The notes below the pieces were generated by a model. It was not told the DNA's origin and did not search any database. It worked only from the letters and a program-made list of their open reading frames with translations. From IMG/VR virus record IMGVR_UViG_3300025120_000019: a stretch of 64,000 nucleotides of DNA; one strand, written 5' to 3'. Positions within the stretch are counted from its first letter, which is position 1; the number at the start of each line of letters is the position of its first letter. This DNA comes from a virus. Made by a program: the position numbers and the translations under genes. Below are positions 49,012 to 58,326 of the stretch, piece by piece.

Positions 49012-49863
49012 ATGAAATTCAGATTATGGAGAGAATATGGAGCGAACAATTCCCGTACTATTTTTGATGCTTTCGAACATTCTTGTATTAGTAATGGGCA
49101 TACTATTAGTAATGATACTAATATTAACAATTCCGATGTTCATGTTATTTGGAGTGTGCTTTTTAACGGGCGAATGGCTAGTAATAAACATATTTGGACC
49201 AGTTGTCAAAAACGCAAAAAGCCGGTTATTGTATTAGAAGTAGGCAGTATAAAAAGAGGAATAACATGGAAGGTAGGACTTAATGGAATCAATCGTGACG
49301 CACAGTTTGGCACTATGGGTAACAATGCTGATCGTGCTAATAGCCTTGGGTTATCTTTAAAACCTTGGCGTAAAGCAGGAGATCATATATTAATATGTGG
49401 TCAACATGAAAAAAGTTTACAATGGCAAAATATGCCAAAAATGAGTAAATGGGTAACAAGTATAATAGACGAAATAAAACTGTATACAGACTTATCAATT
49501 GTATTTAGACCGCATCCAAGATGTTTATTAGAAGCACTTGAAAATCAATATACAAATGTATATACTGATGCGCCGCAAAAAGTAAACGGAACATATGACG
49601 ACTTTAATCTTAGTTTTAAAGACAGTTATGCTGTTATAAACTGGAGTAGTAATCCTGGAATACAAGCTGTTATTAATGGTATTCCTGCATTTACTGGTCC
49701 AAGTAGTTTAGCATGGCCGGTTTCTAACACAGGCTTAAAAACAATCAACAATCCAAATAAACCAGAAAGACAACAATGGTTAAATGATTATGCATGGACA
49801 GAATTTACTGAAGAAGAAATAAGTAAAGGCATTCCCTTGAAAAGATTGACAAACTATATATAG
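49012..49863 (+). CDS. Capsule-synthesis-like glycosyltransferase (KpsS/KpsC, GT107-like); start refined to ATG 49012
   Basis: VLEVG, ILICGQH..S.QW, FRPHPR, AVINWSSNPGIQAVINGIP; GGAG SD. Confidence 0.6.
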   Translation: MKFRLWREYGANNSRTIFDAFEHSCISNGHTISNDTNINNSDVHVIWSVLFNGRMASNKHIWTSCQKRKKPVIVLEVGSIKRGITWKVGLNGINRDAQFGTMGNNADRANSLGLSLKPWRKAGDHILICGQHEKSLQWQNMPKMSKWVTSIIDEIKLYTDLSIVFRPHPRCLLEALENQYTNVYTDAPQKVNGTYDDFNLSFKDSYAVINWSSNPGIQAVINGIPAFTGPSSLAWPVSNTGLKTINNPNKPERQQWLNDYAWTEFTEEEISKGIPLKRLTNYI

Positions 49864-49874
49864 TTTGTTATAAT
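49846..49874 (+). promoter_or_regulatory. Consensus sigma70 promoter TTGACA-17-TATAAT overlapped by a perfect 20-bp palindrome
   Basis: TTGACA 49846-49851, TATAAT 49869-49874; acaaactata|tatagtttgt at 49849-49868. Confidence 0.85.
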
Positions 49875-49879
49875 AAACT

Positions 49880-51121
49880 ATGACAAGTACAGAAAACATA
49901 GAAGATTTGTTACAAGTAGTTCTGGGCAAACACAATCATGAGTTTGTTTTAAAAAATGCTGATCTTACTTTATTAAATAGTTTTGATAGACAAATAAACA
50001 AAGGTGTTGCGTTAACTGATAGGCAACATAATTTATTAAAAACAAAATTACAAATTTATAAAAATCAATTTATAAAATATGAAATTAGAAACTGGCAATA
50101 TTCTCTTGAAACAACAAGAAGTCCGTTTAGAGAAATTGACCGTAGTAAGTATATTACTGTTGTAGATAAATCAAAAATTATTGGACATGATAGATCGTAT
50201 CTTACACTTAAAGATGGAGATTATATAAAAGTAAGATTTCCATTTAATAAAAAACATATTTCTAAATTAGAAAGCTGTTTACTAAAAACAAAAAGAAATG
50301 AATACTTTCATGAAAAAAATTCACACGAGCATTATTTTTTGTTTGATTCAAAAATATGTTATAATTTAGTTGATAATTTTCCTACATGGAATACAGATAA
50401 AGTTATTATAGATACTGCTAAAAAAGTTGAAGATATTATCAACAACAAAAATAATTACATACCTTATTATAAAGATAATAAATTTTTTAACATATCACCA
50501 AATGTTACCGATATTGTACAAAAACTATCTGACGAAAAATCGATAGCAGATAAGTCAATTAAATATGGCTTCTTTTTAAACAATAATAAAAAAATAGATA
50601 CACTGTTAGATAAGATTGCTTATAGAAAAGAACCAGCAGTATTAGCAGATCAAAACAAATATACTATATATAACATTGCCGATGTATTTGATCATCTCAA
50701 TAGATATCCAATAATTGTTTGCTTAGATAAAGATGATTCTTACTTTCAGCTACAAGAATTATATAACGGATTTTCAAAATACGTACCTAATGAGTTACAA
50801 AGCATTTTGTTTCGAATTGAAAGTTCAGATAAAACAAATGTTCAGTTAAATGAATTTGTAAAAGATAAAAAGTTAAATAACTGGGTAGACAATAAAACAA
50901 AAATAGTGTATATTAAAAAAGATAAACTACCTAAAGTTTTATTGAAAAGTTCGTTTAAACCAACAACTGCATTTTGTAAATCAAGTCTTCGACCTAGTAG
51001 ATTAGTTACTAGCTACATTACTTTTAATTGTGATTTGATAGCATACAATGATACAGATTTAAGTAACTTTAAACAAACTTATAATAAAGGATTCAATTCT
51101 TGGCAACTTGTAAACTTATAA
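49880..51121 (+). CDS. Hypothetical protein upstream of uvsW
   Basis: 413-aa ORF directly behind a consensus promoter; no motif recognised. Confidence 0.65.
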   Translation: MTSTENIEDLLQVVLGKHNHEFVLKNADLTLLNSFDRQINKGVALTDRQHNLLKTKLQIYKNQFIKYEIRNWQYSLETTRSPFREIDRSKYITVVDKSKIIGHDRSYLTLKDGDYIKVRFPFNKKHISKLESCLLKTKRNEYFHEKNSHEHYFLFDSKICYNLVDNFPTWNTDKVIIDTAKKVEDIINNKNNYIPYYKDNKFFNISPNVTDIVQKLSDEKSIADKSIKYGFFLNNNKKIDTLLDKIAYRKEPAVLADQNKYTIYNIADVFDHLNRYPIIVCLDKDDSYFQLQELYNGFSKYVPNELQSILFRIESSDKTNVQLNEFVKDKKLNNWVDNKTKIVYIKKDKLPKVLLKSSFKPTTAFCKSSLRPSRLVTSYITFNCDLIAYNDTDLSNFKQTYNKGFNSWQLVNL

Positions 51122-52563
51122 TAGAGGACGAGGTAAACATTAAACTTGAAGGACTTGATGTTGACGTACGAAGAAAGTTAGCAAATAGTCTTAAGTTTGA
51201 GGTGCCTTATGCTAGGTATATGCCTCAATATAAATTAGGACGTTGGGATGGTAAGGTTGCATTTTTTGGTATTGGTGGTACAGGTTATGTAAATCATCTT
51301 GATACTATCACAGATGTATTAGCAAAAAACAAAGTACAAATAGTTGATATAGACGATAGGCGGCATCCAATTAAATTGAACTTTACTCCTGTTACAGAAC
51401 GCTACTGGGCCGACCAAGGTGTTGTATGGCCACAAGGTCATCCTGCAGAAGGTGAAGATGTAATTCTGCGTGATTATCAAGTAGAAGCAGTTAATAATTT
51501 TTTACAAGCACCACAAAGCTTGCAACAAATTGCTACCGGAGCAGGTAAAACTATAACTACTGCAACACTTAGTCATCTTGGAGAAAAGTACGGAAGAAGT
51601 ATTGTTGTTGTACCAAACAAAAGTCTTGTTGTACAAACTGAAGAAGATTATATAAATTGCGGATTAGACGTTGGTGTTTATTTTGGAGATAGAAAAGAAC
51701 TAGGAAAAACACATACAATTTGTACCTGGCAAAGTTTAAATATATTAGATAAAAAACATAAAGACGGTGATGCAGTTTTAAGTCTTGCAGAATTTTTGGA
51801 TGGAGTAACAACTGTAATTGTTGACGAAGTACATCAAGCAAAGGCAGAAGTACTTAAAAATTTGCTTACACGCAATCTAAAAAATGCTCCAATACGTTGG
51901 GGACTTACTGGTACAATACCAAAAGAAAAGTTTGAATTTGAAAGTATACACGCTAGTTTAGGTCCAGTTATTGGAGAAATTAGTGCAAAGGAACTACAAG
52001 ACAAAGGTGTACTTGCTCAGTGTCACGTAAACATTGTACAGCTACTTGATACCCAAGTACACAGTAATTATCAAGAAGAATTAAAATATCTTGTAACAAA
52101 TCAAGATAGAATAGAATATTTAGGCAAATTATTAAACACAGTAAGAGAAGCAGGCAATACATTAATACTAGTAGACCGAATAAGTGCTGGTGAACAATTA
52201 CAAACACTTATACCTAATAGTACATTTGTTAAAGGCGATGTTAAATTAAAAGATAGAAAAGAAGCATATGACGAAATTAATCAAGGGACTAACCATGTTG
52301 TTATTGCAACGTATGGCGTTGCATCCGTTGGCATCAATATTCCTAGGATATTTAATCTTGTACTTATTGAGCCTGGCAAGTCATTTGTTCGTGTGATTCA
52401 ATCAATTGGTAGAGGCGTAAGAAAGGCAAAAGACAAAGACTTCGTTCAGATATGGGATCTTACATCAACGTGTAAGTTTGCGAAGCGGCATCTAACTCAA
52501 CGTAAAAAGTTTTACAAAGAGGCGCAGTACCCATTCACCATTGAAAAGGTAGATTGGAAATAA
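51100..52563 (+). CDS. uvsW: SF2 DNA helicase (UvsW-like)
   Basis: LRDYQ, ATGAGKT, VDEVH, GLTGT, GINIP, QSIGRG.R. Confidence 0.9.
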   Translation: MATCKLIIEDEVNIKLEGLDVDVRRKLANSLKFEVPYARYMPQYKLGRWDGKVAFFGIGGTGYVNHLDTITDVLAKNKVQIVDIDDRRHPIKLNFTPVTERYWADQGVVWPQGHPAEGEDVILRDYQVEAVNNFLQAPQSLQQIATGAGKTITTATLSHLGEKYGRSIVVVPNKSLVVQTEEDYINCGLDVGVYFGDRKELGKTHTICTWQSLNILDKKHKDGDAVLSLAEFLDGVTTVIVDEVHQAKAEVLKNLLTRNLKNAPIRWGLTGTIPKEKFEFESIHASLGPVIGEISAKELQDKGVLAQCHVNIVQLLDTQVHSNYQEELKYLVTNQDRIEYLGKLLNTVREAGNTLILVDRISAGEQLQTLIPNSTFVKGDVKLKDRKEAYDEINQGTNHVVIATYGVASVGINIPRIFNLVLIEPGKSFVRVIQSIGRGVRKAKDKDFVQIWDLTSTCKFAKRHLTQRKKFYKEAQYPFTIEKVDWK

Positions 52564-53069
52564 TGAATATACTCACGCTCGAGAACCAGAGTTTTAATTT
52601 AACTACTATACCTGACGAAGTTGATGATTCTTTAAGATTTAGTGTTTTAGATAATAGTAATCCGCAAGATCCGGATTTCTTTTTTATACCATTGATTTTT
52701 TTAGAAAGCTTCAGTGCGCCAGCAGTAGTTTTAGATATTGACGGACAGTCTGTTACTATGCCATTAGATTGGTGTGTAGCAGTTGGATGTAGTCAATCAG
52801 GAAGTGATTTAGAAGTCCTTCCATTAACAAGTCTTAATCAACGTGGCTTCGAAGCTTACTTGTTTAATCCTCTTACAGGAAGCAAACCTAAATTTGGCAA
52901 AATAGAAATTACAAGTTTTTATAATGATGTGAAATGGTATTTTCCAAAAATAAAAACTGGACAATTACTAAGTATTCCTATAACTACAGGAAACAATCCT
53001 GATTGTGCATTTTTTGTAAAAGACATTAACAGGCAAAGTGAAGTTATAGATTATGGTAAATTATTATAG
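52563..53069 (+). CDS. Beta-rich hypothetical protein translationally coupled to uvsW (possible degenerate Hint fold)
   Basis: TAATG coupling; beta-strand pattern; fold call is speculative. Confidence 0.55.
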   Translation: MNILTLENQSFNLTTIPDEVDDSLRFSVLDNSNPQDPDFFFIPLIFLESFSAPAVVLDIDGQSVTMPLDWCVAVGCSQSGSDLEVLPLTSLNQRGFEAYLFNPLTGSKPKFGKIEITSFYNDVKWYFPKIKTGQLLSIPITTGNNPDCAFFVKDINRQSEVIDYGKLL

Positions 53070-53080
53070 GAGAAAAGATA

Positions 53081-53233
53081 ATGAACAAATATTTAGGAAT
53101 AATTTTTTGGTCAATGCTAGTTGTTGCAGGTGTACTTGGTTATATTGCAACTGATCAACTTGAAAATAGACTAGATAATATGGAAAGTAAGATCGAAGAT
53201 ATAAACACTATGCTAAAGGAGATGAGCGAATGA
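53081..53233 (+). CDS. Small membrane-anchored coiled-coil protein (50 aa), not in ORF track
   Basis: AGGAG SD; MNKYLGIIFWSMLVVAGVLGYIATDQLENRLDNMESKIEDINTMLKEMSE; ATGA overlap with next gene. Confidence 0.7.
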   Translation: MNKYLGIIFWSMLVVAGVLGYIATDQLENRLDNMESKIEDINTMLKEMSE

Positions 53234-53574
53234 AGGCAGGAAAAATTTGGGGACAAACTGAATTAATCCACGCAAACGGTGTGCTTGAATTTCATCGTAT
53301 TGAATACAAAGCAGGATTCAAATGTTCTGAGCATGAGCATAAATTTAAATGGAATGGATTCTTTGTTGAGTCAGGCAAAATGATTGTCAGAGTTTGGCAA
53401 GAAGATCAAGGACTTGTCGACGAAACAATTCTTACCGGTGGACAGTTTACACAAGTAAAGCCGGGTAAAATACATCAATTTGAAGGACTAGAAGACGGCG
53501 TTGCATTTGAATTATATTGGGCTGAATTTAATCACGATGATATTGTAAGAAGGACCGCCGGATCAAATGTATGA
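53230..53574 (+). CDS. Cupin-domain protein
   Basis: KIWG, CSEHEH..K...F.V.SG, PGKIHQF. Confidence 0.8.
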   Translation: MKAGKIWGQTELIHANGVLEFHRIEYKAGFKCSEHEHKFKWNGFFVESGKMIVRVWQEDQGLVDETILTGGQFTQVKPGKIHQFEGLEDGVAFELYWAEFNHDDIVRRTAGSNV

Positions 53575-54119
53575 CAAAACTTTCAACTGAATACTTAGAA
53601 CAACTTAAAAAACTACATAGTACTTCATCTTTTGGTAGCGGTAAAGGATTACCTAAGGATGTAGTAGATTTAATTAATAATGATACAAAGTCTATTTTAG
53701 ACTTTGGTAGTGGTAAAGGATATACATCCGAATGGATAAAAAATACATATCCTAATATTAATCTTTATACATATGACCCAGTTACTTCGCCTATACAATT
53801 ACCAACAGAAGTTGATATTACCTATAGTAGTGATGTACTAGAACACGTTGAACCTGCACACATAGATCAAACATTAGATACATTGTTTAGTATAACCAAA
53901 AAGTATCAGTATCATTTAATAGCGTGTCATCCTGCAAAAAAATTATTATCAGATGGAAGGAATGCACACTTGATTGTTGAATCTCCGGAGTGGTGGAAAA
54001 ATAAAATTCAAAAATATAATTGGGAAATAGTTAGTGAAAAAATAAAAGAAAATTATAGAGAAAAATTTAATCTTAATGTTATAAAATACATTGTCTTATT
54101 AAGAAATAAAGCGGAATAA
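53571..54119 (+). CDS. Class I SAM-dependent methyltransferase
   Basis: ILDFGSGKG, YDP, DVLEHVEP, GRNAHL...WW. Confidence 0.85.
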   Translation: MTKLSTEYLEQLKKLHSTSSFGSGKGLPKDVVDLINNDTKSILDFGSGKGYTSEWIKNTYPNINLYTYDPVTSPIQLPTEVDITYSSDVLEHVEPAHIDQTLDTLFSITKKYQYHLIACHPAKKLLSDGRNAHLIVESPEWWKNKIQKYNWEIVSEKIKENYREKFNLNVIKYIVLLRNKAE

Positions 54120-54123
54120 TTTA

Positions 54124-54318
54124 ATGAAAAACTGGACTAAAAATTCTCCATATAGAAACAAAGACAAAGATGAAATTGCTGATATATTTTATGAACAATT
54201 CAAAAAGCATGGTGTTAGACTTCCAGAAACATATACAGAGCAAGAACTAATTGACTTAAATCCTGGAGTTCCTGTATGGTTCACTAAACAACATATGAAA
54301 TTGAGAGACAAAAAATGA
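54124..54318 (+). CDS. Small hypothetical protein
   Basis: Fills the gap; ATGA overlap with gap. Confidence 0.55.
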   Translation: MKNWTKNSPYRNKDKDEIADIFYEQFKKHGVRLPETYTEQELIDLNPGVPVWFTKQHMKLRDKK

Positions 54319-55274
54319 AAGTAGGTATAAATGGATTTGGCCGAATTGGAAGGTGTTTAGCAAGACATATTATGAGCGAACGCAGTGATATGGAACTTGT
54401 ACAAATTAATGCAACAGGTGGGCAAGAAACGAACTTGCATTTGTTAAAATATGATAGTGTACATGGACGATACACAGGGCCAATACAAGATCCTATACTG
54501 TGGACACAAGAACGTGATATAAGCAAAATAAGATGGTTTAATGTTGATATTGTATTTGAATGCACTGGTGCGTTTAGAGATGGCGATGTTTGTATGCATC
54601 ATGTATCAGGGGGTGCAGGAAAAGTAGTTATTAGTAGCCCAGCAAAGAATGTAGACAAAACAGTTGTATACGGAGTTAATCATAAAGATATAGGCAGTAG
54701 CGATTATATAGTAAGCAATGCTAGTTGTACAACAAATTGTTTAGCACCTCTTGTTAAAGTCTTAGACGAAACAGTTCATATTATTTCTGGTCAAATGACA
54801 ACAATACATAGTTATACTGGTGACCAAAGTACAATAGATAAACGCCATAAAGATCCATATCGTGCTAGAGCCGCAGGTGCAAATATGATACCAACTAGCA
54901 CAGGAGCCGCTAAAGCATTAGATATAGTATATCCTAAACTTGCTGGTAAAATAAAAGGAAGTTCGATACGTGTTCCAACACCTAATGTAAGTTGTGTTGA
55001 TTTGACTGTGCAAGTAGGGCGTGAAGTAGATAGTGATACTATTAATACTATTTTTAAACTTAGTTCAGAAAACGATATGAAAGATATAATTGGTTATGAA
55101 GAAGATCCTTGTGTAAGTATTGATTTTAATACTACAAGAGAGAGTGCAATATTTGCTCCAGAACAAACAAGAGTTTCAGATAACCATTTAGTAAGAATAC
55201 TCGCATGGTATGATAATGAATGGGCTTTTTCGTGTAGGATGGCCGATGTTGGAAATTATATAGGTAGCTTATGA
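54315..55274 (+). CDS. gap: Type I glyceraldehyde-3-phosphate dehydrogenase (auxiliary metabolic gene)
   Basis: GINGFGRIGR, ECTG.F, SNASCTTNCLAP catalytic motif, HSYTGDQ, IPTSTGAAKA, RVPT, WYDNE. Confidence 0.95.
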   Translation: MKVGINGFGRIGRCLARHIMSERSDMELVQINATGGQETNLHLLKYDSVHGRYTGPIQDPILWTQERDISKIRWFNVDIVFECTGAFRDGDVCMHHVSGGAGKVVISSPAKNVDKTVVYGVNHKDIGSSDYIVSNASCTTNCLAPLVKVLDETVHIISGQMTTIHSYTGDQSTIDKRHKDPYRARAAGANMIPTSTGAAKALDIVYPKLAGKIKGSSIRVPTPNVSCVDLTVQVGREVDSDTINTIFKLSSENDMKDIIGYEEDPCVSIDFNTTRESAIFAPEQTRVSDNHLVRILAWYDNEWAFSCRMADVGNYIGSL

Positions 55275-55558
55275 TAAATCAAAGAATAAAGGCAGGAGTA
55301 AAGTTAATAGAAGGCGAGGCTTTAATATATACTAGAGCAAATGGTGTAATATACGCTAATTATAGAGATCCACCGCATAATAAAATTCCAAGATGGATAA
55401 TAGGAGGAGACCCTGCCGCAGTAGCAAGAGAACAAGGCGAATTATTAGATTACAGTGAATGGCAAAACTTATGTGAAATTGCAATTCAAAATCCCACATT
55501 AAAAAAGTTGTTAGATAAACTTGTAACAACATATTATATTATAAAGGAACACAAATAA
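55271..55558 (+). CDS. Hypothetical protein
   Basis: Coupled ORF. Confidence 0.6.
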   Translation: MINQRIKAGVKLIEGEALIYTRANGVIYANYRDPPHNKIPRWIIGGDPAAVAREQGELLDYSEWQNLCEIAIQNPTLKKLLDKLVTTYYIIKEHK

Positions 55559-55791
55559 TGTTAAAAACAAATTCAATGTTAAATAAACTTTTAGAATGGC
55601 TAATTGGTGGTAGTAGTATTACATTAGCAATCGTTTATACAATAGGTCATATGTTTATTGCTATTGTATGCGTAATCACCATTACAGGTGCAAGTATTGA
55701 ACTTGCGGCAATTGATGCCTTAGTTGAACCTATTATTAATGGTGTATGGTTTTATGTGTTACATACAGCATGGAAAAGATTTCAAAAATAA
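55558..55791 (+). CDS. Small two-TM membrane protein (DUF2061-like)
   Basis: Hydrophobic; EP..N..WFY.LH..W pattern. Confidence 0.6.
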   Translation: MLKTNSMLNKLLEWLIGGSSITLAIVYTIGHMFIAIVCVITITGASIELAAIDALVEPIINGVWFYVLHTAWKRFQK

Positions 55792-56570
55792 TGAGAATAA
55801 TATCAGGCCCTTGCCAGCACGAAAGCTTAGAACAAAGTTTAGAAATTGCACAGCATTGTAATGATGTATGTAGTAAGTATAATGCAGAATATTTTTTTAA
55901 AGCAAGTTTTGATAAAGCTAATAGAAGTAGTTTAGGTGGGAAACGTGGAGTAGGCTTTAATACAACACTACACGACTTCCAAGAGATACGTAGTATAGTG
56001 GGCTCTAAGACGCTTACAGACGTTCATACAGTAGAACAAATTAAAGATATAGTAAACTACCACAATACTGCCGTAGACGTGCTACAGATACCTGCATTCT
56101 TATGTAGACAAACTGATTTACTACAAGAGGCTTGTGCTACAGATAAAATTGTAAACATCAAGAAAGGCCAGTTCCTTGCACCCTGGGACATGAATGGAAT
56201 ACTGTCAAAGACAGAAGGTGCCAGAGAAGTTTGGATAACAGAGAGAGGAACAAGTTTTGGATATAATACTCTTGTTGTTGATTTTACTGGCTTGGACTAT
56301 ATGCTTAGTAATTACGATACTCCTGTGGTTCTTGATGCCACCCACTCGGTACAGAAGCCAGGCGGTCTCGGAGGCAGTAGCGGCGGCAATCGCAATTACG
56401 TTCCTAGTTTATGTAGGGCAGGTAGTGCTTTGGGTATTAGGAATTTCTTTTTAGAAGTACATCCAGATCCAGATAATGCACCTAGTGACGGACCTAATAT
56501 GTTAAATTTAAATGACTTTGAAAAAGTAGTAAAGGAGATACATGACTACAGCTATACTAATTCCAGCTAG
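55791..56570 (+). CDS. kdsA: Kdo 8-phosphate synthase; start refined to ATG 55791
   Basis: GPC..E, FKASFDKANRSS, TDVH, QIPAFLCRQTDL, KKGQF, ERG.SFGY, DATHSVQ.PG, EVHPDP..A.SDG. Confidence 0.95.
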   Translation: MRIISGPCQHESLEQSLEIAQHCNDVCSKYNAEYFFKASFDKANRSSLGGKRGVGFNTTLHDFQEIRSIVGSKTLTDVHTVEQIKDIVNYHNTAVDVLQIPAFLCRQTDLLQEACATDKIVNIKKGQFLAPWDMNGILSKTEGAREVWITERGTSFGYNTLVVDFTGLDYMLSNYDTPVVLDATHSVQKPGGLGGSSGGNRNYVPSLCRAGSALGIRNFFLEVHPDPDNAPSDGPNMLNLNDFEKVVKEIHDYSYTNSS

Positions 56571-57204
56571 ATATGCAAGCACAAGATTCCCAGGAAAAAT
56601 GATGGCACACCTTAATGGAGTGCCGTTGATTGAACACGTTTATAATAGATGTGCAGGCACTGGATATGATACATATGTACTAACCGATCACCAAGATGTT
56701 TTTAATCATATGGGTGGTAAATGTCTTATGACAACAGATGCAGATAATGGAACTGAACGTTGTATGCAAGTTATAGATGAAAAGCTACAATATGATAGAT
56801 ATATAAATGTACAAGGGGATATGCCAGATATTACTACAGATATTATCAAAGCTGTAGAAAGAGAACTGCAACGTAGTGATGTAGCAACTGCTTATACACC
56901 GATGGATTTTAACTTGCGAAATGATCCAAACTGTGTTAAAATGATACATAACAGAGGACGAGCACACTGGTTTTTACGAGCAAGTTTAACTTACGGAGAT
57001 CATCATTTAGGAATATATGGCTATAATAGAGAATCCAAAGCTATGTATAATATAAGTAAAAAGTTTCCTGAAGAAGATATTGAAAAGTTAGAACAGTTAC
57101 GCTGGATACAAAACGGTATAAAGATTGGTGTAGTTGAAGTAGAATTTGATGGGATTGAAATAAACACTCCGGAGGATTTAGAAAAGTGGCAAACAAAGAA
57201 CTAG
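56542..57204 (+). CDS. kdsB: CMP-Kdo synthetase
   Basis: IPARYASTRFPGK, GTER, NVQGD, HLGIYGY, EKLEQLR, INTPEDL. Confidence 0.93.
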   Translation: MTTAILIPARYASTRFPGKMMAHLNGVPLIEHVYNRCAGTGYDTYVLTDHQDVFNHMGGKCLMTTDADNGTERCMQVIDEKLQYDRYINVQGDMPDITTDIIKAVERELQRSDVATAYTPMDFNLRNDPNCVKMIHNRGRAHWFLRASLTYGDHHLGIYGYNRESKAMYNISKKFPEEDIEKLEQLRWIQNGIKIGVVEVEFDGIEINTPEDLEKWQTKN

Positions 57205-57656
57205 ACTTATTCAAAGAGCTAATACCAAGCATTGATAATGGTATTAAAGAATTATATGATGCCGCAGGAGAAGACGGAAAGAAAGATATTAAACTTGACT
57301 TATGGAATCTAAACCGTTATATTAGTAGTATCAAAGGTAGTAGAGAAGAACAAGAATTAGCTGTATTTAAAGTTAATGAATATTATAATAGAAATTGGAA
57401 CGTATTAGGCGGAACAGATCATGTAAAATTGCAATGGCAACTATTATGTGTAGCAGGCAATTTTGGAAAAAAGAAATTTCATCCATGGATTGGCTTGAAA
57501 AAGAAAAAAGACGATAGCAGTAAAGCAGTAAAAGTATTAGCAAACATATATCCAAATATGAAAATGGACGAGGTAGAAACACTTGCTAGAATATCTACAA
57601 AGAAAGAAATTAAGCAACTCGCCAAAGAACATGGTTACGAAAAAGTTGACATCTAA
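57186..57656 (+). CDS. Probable clamp loader small subunit (T4 gp62-like)
   Basis: NRYIS...N...H..LQ...KKFHPW..KK pattern; GGAGG SD with GTG start. Confidence 0.5.
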   Translation: MANKELDLFKELIPSIDNGIKELYDAAGEDGKKDIKLDLWNLNRYISSIKGSREEQELAVFKVNEYYNRNWNVLGGTDHVKLQWQLLCVAGNFGKKKFHPWIGLKKKKDDSSKAVKVLANIYPNMKMDEVETLARISTKKEIKQLAKEHGYEKVDI

Positions 57657-58326
57657 GTATACTTGTGAATATTGTAATAAAAGCTACACAAAAGAAAGCA
57701 CACTCATTGCTCATATGTGTGAGCCTAAAAGGCGTTGGTTACAGAAAGATGAAAAACGTGTACAATTAGGGTTCTATGCATTTCAAAGATTTTACAAGTT
57801 AAGTGCAGGATCTAAAAAAGAAAAAACATATAACGAATTTGTTAAGTCTAGTTTTTATAACGCATTTGTAAAATTTGGTAGTTTTGTAAGCAATGTTCGC
57901 CCTTTATATCCAGACAAGTATATTGACTGGGTAGTTACATCACGTGTAAAACTAGATCACTGGTGTAAAGATGAAATGTATGAAACATATGCAAATGAAT
58001 TAATCAGGAAGGAAGGAGTCGAAACTGCATTAGAACGTAGTATAAATACAATGGCTGAATGGGCCAAAGAACATGATAGTTCTTATAATCATTATTTTTT
58101 ATACGCTAGTACAAATAGAATTACTTGGGATATAAAAGATGGCAAAATATCTCCGTGGATATTATTAAATTGTAAAACAGGAAAAGCAGTTCTTAATAAT
58201 TTAAACGAAGAACAACTTACAATGCTTACAAATGTGTTAGATCCTAGACACTGGGCAGTTAGATTTAGAAGACAAATTAAAGATTTAGAATTGGTACAAC
58301 AAGTAGTAAAAGAAGCAAACTTATGA
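57631..58326 (+). CDS. Zinc-finger (CxxC...H.C) replication-associated protein
   Basis: YTCEYCNKSYTKESTLIAHMC; GKISPW; start uncertain (57631 ATG or 57646 TTG). Confidence 0.6.
   Translation: MVTKKLTSKYTCEYCNKSYTKESTLIAHMCEPKRRWLQKDEKRVQLGFYAFQRFYKLSAGSKKEKTYNEFVKSSFYNAFVKFGSFVSNVRPLYPDKYIDWVVTSRVKLDHWCKDEMYETYANELIRKEGVETALERSINTMAEWAKEHDSSYNHYFLYASTNRITWDIKDGKISPWILLNCKTGKAVLNNLNEEQLTMLTNVLDPRHWAVRFRRQIKDLELVQQVVKEANL

Noticed and set aside
48868-49130. Apparent 260-nt antisense overlap of two GT genes
   Set aside because: Refined starts at 48971 (-) and 49012 (+) remove the overlap.
35815-52563. Inteins, introns or homing endonucleases in terminase, UvsX or UvsW
   Set aside because: Lengths and motif spacing are normal; no insertion seen.
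56330-56400. Local GC-rich patch in kdsA
   Set aside because: Explained by the Gly-rich loop PGGLGGSSGG; no boundaries suggesting an insertion.
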